The notes below the pieces were generated by a model. It was not told the origin of the DNA. It made no database searches and saw only the letters and a list, made by a program, of their open reading frames with translations. A stretch of 64,000 nt of DNA from Podarcis bocagei (Eukaryota). The stretch is from NCBI GenBank assembly GCA_964188305.1, contig OZ076885.1; one strand, given 5' to 3'. The position numbers and the translations under genes are program-made. Within the stretch, counting starts at the first letter, position 1; each line of letters begins with the position of its first letter. Of this stretch, positions 60,261 to 64,000 are shown piece after piece.

Positions 60261-63000
60261 GTAGCAACTCTGGTCAAACAAGGGTTGGGGGGCTTTGAAG
60301 CCTTCCCATATGATACAAAACCCAGACTGGAATGAAAAGTGGGGGAAAGAGAGGAGAGGATGAGGGAACATGTAACAGTGGGGCCTATCAATTGTGTGTT
60401 TGTGTGTGATTGTGGGGAGCCTTATATCCCGCCTTAAGATAACAAAAGGGCCTGCACTACAAGTGGTCAAAACCAAAGGCAGGTTTTGCTTGGAACGTCC
60501 CAACAACAGCAACACACTCCCGACTTTATACTGCAGCACAGCAGACAGCAAAGATTCAGAGCTAGTGAATGGCTGCTAATATTCCACATAAATTTGACAG
60601 AGGCAAACATTCAAACCCTTAAGTGGCAGCATCCACTGATCTTAAATAAGACGAATGTGACAAGCCTGCCAGGCTTGCTGCTGCCGCTGCTGCCATAAGG
60701 TAATGGCACCTCTGTGAGATGCATCATTGCTCTGCCGGTGTAATCTTCACTGCATGAGAGCCACACCTCCCGAGCATGGCTGACTGCTCAATTTGACTCG
60801 ACCCAATGAATTAAAGAGGGTCAGGGGAAGAGACTAATAGCTTTCAGCTAAGCTGTACTGCTAAATCCTTTTTGTTCCTCCTCAGTAAGCCTCCTTGCTT
60901 TCTCTTCCTAGCAGGCATTATGTAAATCAAGCATCCCTTGAAGTGATATTTAGAGCTGCGGGATAATACAATAAAAATAATGCTGTTTCCCACCTGCAAA
61001 CCATTCCCTTTCATATCACTCTGCCCACTGAAAACATGTGCTTTGCCACTCAAGCGGCAAACATTCTTAAATGCCGGAAGGTGGGGGGAAAGGCTTTGGT
61101 ACACATGAAAATCATAAGAACCAAAATTTGCATTTCACTTTTTTTGTTGGAGGAGGAGGAGGGTTGAGTGGATGGAATAAATGATTAGCTAATCTAGCCA
61201 AGAGCCTCAATTTTAAAGCCACGCGGTGAAGAGATGGGTCTCAAGGAGAAACCGTTACTAACTTTCCAGACTGCTGCAATTCATCCAGCTTTTGACTGAT
61301 GGCTAAACTGTAAACAGATTGATGCTGCAGCTTCAAACGATATACAACCGAAGGGTCACTACAGGAAGGAGGTTCTTGCTGTGGCTGTATCACTGCTTCT
61401 GCCAGCTCACACATGGGAATCAAGGGTGAAGAAAGAAAACAGCCGGTAAAAGTGAAAGAGCAACCTATCAAATTAAAAGATAGGAGATTGCCATCTTGCG
61501 CTTTCCAAGGGATAGAAGGGTAAAAAAACTCCACAAGCCCGTTTCTAGCCCAGCTGCAAACACCTCCTGGGAAAGGAAAGGTGGTTCAAAGTCTTCTATG
61601 CTATCTCTGCCTCCCTGGACCCCGCAAGTGTTATTTTCAGCAGCAGTAAAAATGACCATCCACAAGGGAACAAGACGTTGAGAAGTCAGGCAGTGCTTTG
61701 GAACATCACATCCCCCTTCTAGTTTTATTTCTCATTTCACAGCTGGAAGGTCCTCCGATTTTTTTTTAAGATTGCCGCTTCATCTGAAATTATTATTCTT
61801 CAGGGGATGGGAGGAGAGCAGAGGCTCTGTTTCCCGGTCTCCGGCACTGACATTTTCCCTACAGCATCTAGGTGTATATCTCTGGGTGGTTAATGAACCA
61901 CATATCACACGATTCAATATCCCTTTCACCAAGGGTACTGCGCCAAACTGATGAAACCGGCTTTCTTTCTGTTGACAGAAGGAAGGCTATATTGTGGAAA
62001 TCTCTCCGCAACCTGACATAATTCCTGTAACTGGAAGTTACAAGGCTGTATTTTGCAAATCCTCCCTCCCTCACACACAAACACACTTCCTATTGCTTCA
62101 TTCCCTCGTCACCAAGAGCCACTCATTCATGTGTCATGTCCAAGCACCAGTGGTTCTAGGCTCCAACCATCCCCTTTTATTGGTGTCTTTTTCTTCACTA
62201 TAACCCTGCCTGGCCCACAATCTACGACATTCCCTTTCCTTGCAGCCCTGTATGACTGGGCCTGTTGCTCCTGATCCGCTTCCAAAGGACACCTTCCTCC
62301 TCCTGCCAAGCTCTCTTTTCTCTGGGTATGTGGCTGGCACTGGCAGCAGAGGCAAGGGCAGCAAAGGACAAGTATCTTGTCTTGAACAGCTTGGGACCTA
62401 TATCTGAGTTTTGAGCCAGTTTGGCCATTCATCTTTTGTTTACAAGTCTGATGTGATACCATAAATATTCTGCATAATTCTACATTCTCCTTGGTCCTCC
62501 CCCCCCCCCCCGATGTGCTGCACTGAGCTCAGCTGACGTTTACCATATTGTTCTCCACTCGTGATCTAGCTCTCTTAAGACTAGCCACAAACTAGCTGTA
62601 AACCATGAACAAACCTTGGTTACAGCTCATGGATAGGCTTGGAAAAGTGCTGAACTATGTCGAGATTTGGATGACAGGGGAAGACTACAAGCTCCTCCCT
62701 GGGAGCTTGCTCATACTTGCTATGTTATGGTTTGGCTTAGCATGATGTGCCAACCATGACTGTATTTCCCATGGTTGCTATATGGTATCCTCAGGTCCAG
62801 AGATGCTCTGGTTTGGTTTGCTGTGGAGCAAACAACAGAGAAGGACCATTGCCATTGTTTGGAGGCTTCCTGCTAACTACTGTTAGTAAAGGATTTTGGA
62901 TTAGATGGACCCCCTATTCCTGACTGAGTAGGTCACATCTTAAGAAGATATGAAGCCACTTTATAATCTCAGACAACGATCTAATACAGTACTGTCTGCT

Positions 63001-63117
63001 CCAGCCTGCCCTTCCAGTAGCTGGAGACTTCCAACTCCCACCAGCCTCCCTTAGCACAGCCAGTGGTGAGAGTTACACTCCAAAACATCTGGAGAACACT
63101 AGGTTGGGGAAGGCTGG
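63001..63117. mobile_element. Degenerate hAT-type MITE
   Basis: ccagcctgccc...caactcccaccagcc...ccaaaacatctggag...aggttggggaaggctgg; termini are inverted. Confidence 0.55.
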
Positions 63118-64000
63118 TTTACTCTGAATGGTTACAGCTCTGTTACAGCTTGGGCATAGGTCCCAGAAATGCAACCGAAAAATATTTTTTGTCAAGATGC
63201 CATATATTGAACTTAGAACATCTGCATGAGGGGGAAAGGTATTTGGTCAAGCTATCTTCTTGTTCATTTATATTTATTGCAGTTTTGGGGATTTTTAAAC
63301 ATTCTTTGTGCTTTTAGTGCAGAAATCCCAGATTCTTGCATGTGAAGCCTACTTGCATACTCAGCAGAATTAAATTTAGGAGAACCCTCACACATAATTT
63401 TGCCCTTGGGGCTGCATGGGGTGTGTGTCTTTTCCTCACTCAGCTGGTTGGCAACTCGTGAGTACTATGATCAGCCAATATATAGGCAGGACAGAAAATC
63501 CCCTTCCTCATATCATGGATCATTACAATCATGATTACCAGCAGACTGATAACCCTTGCTTGTGTGTATGGCCCTTTTGGAACTCTCACTTGGAAGCGCA
63601 GTATCTAAAACAGCAGGGGCTTATGTTTTAATAGCGTGCGCTATTACAGCCCAAACAACCTGGCTGAGCAGGGAATGGTGTAAGGAGCTGCAACCTAATG
63701 CATGATGTAAACAACTCCTGTTACAATATGCATTCGTGCTGAACAGAACACAACACCATCAAAGGACTGTAGAAGCTATTTCTAATTAATGGAACATGAA
63801 TGGCTGATTAGATGACTTGAAATATTCGCCCACAACCTTGGCTAAAAGATCTGACAGCAGAACCCAGAATATTCTGCACAAAGCAGGCAGAAGATATCCA
63901 CCCCCCTCCTCTCTGAATCATCAGTGTCTTGGCAGGTTATCAGTGAAATGATCGATGGGTTACTGCCATCAACAGCATTTACATCTCATCCATATGTACT

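Noticed and set aside
58332-64000. Penultimate SEMA5B exon
   Set aside because: I found no minus-strand segment encoding the expected juxtamembrane sequence (ending about ...YTPMEFK); it is presumably beyond the window.

Overview
Vertebrate genomic DNA, almost certainly a squamate reptile (repeat content suggests a lacertid lizard; this is inference). The + strand carries the last six coding exons (exons 4-9 by mammalian numbering) of SLC49A4/DIRC2, a lysosomal MFS transporter. All splice sites are GT-AG and the reading frame is continuous up to the stop at 37482-37484. The - strand carries the terminal coding exon of SEMA5B (58176-58331), so the two genes are convergent, as in mammals. The rest is intron, 3' UTR or intergenic DNA with squamate-type repeats: a young CR1 fragment and a young L2 fragment with open RT frames, tRNA-derived SINEs with CR1 tails, TA-flanked Tc1/mariner-type MITEs, hAT MITEs and microsatellites. 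Nearly all ORFs in the supplied track are spurious. I see no clearly new biological system. The best second-look items are: (1) a Penelope-like insertion in SLC49A4 intron 7 with a sense-strand minimal hammerhead ribozyme inside a ~74-bp inverted repeat; (2) an inverted MITE pair bracketing exons 5-6, a 177-nt frame-preserving unit whose back-spliced circle would have no stop codon; (3) sequence signs of multi-kb 3' UTRs for both genes; (4) a full CTCF-like site. Family names come from recall of motifs, not from database searches.
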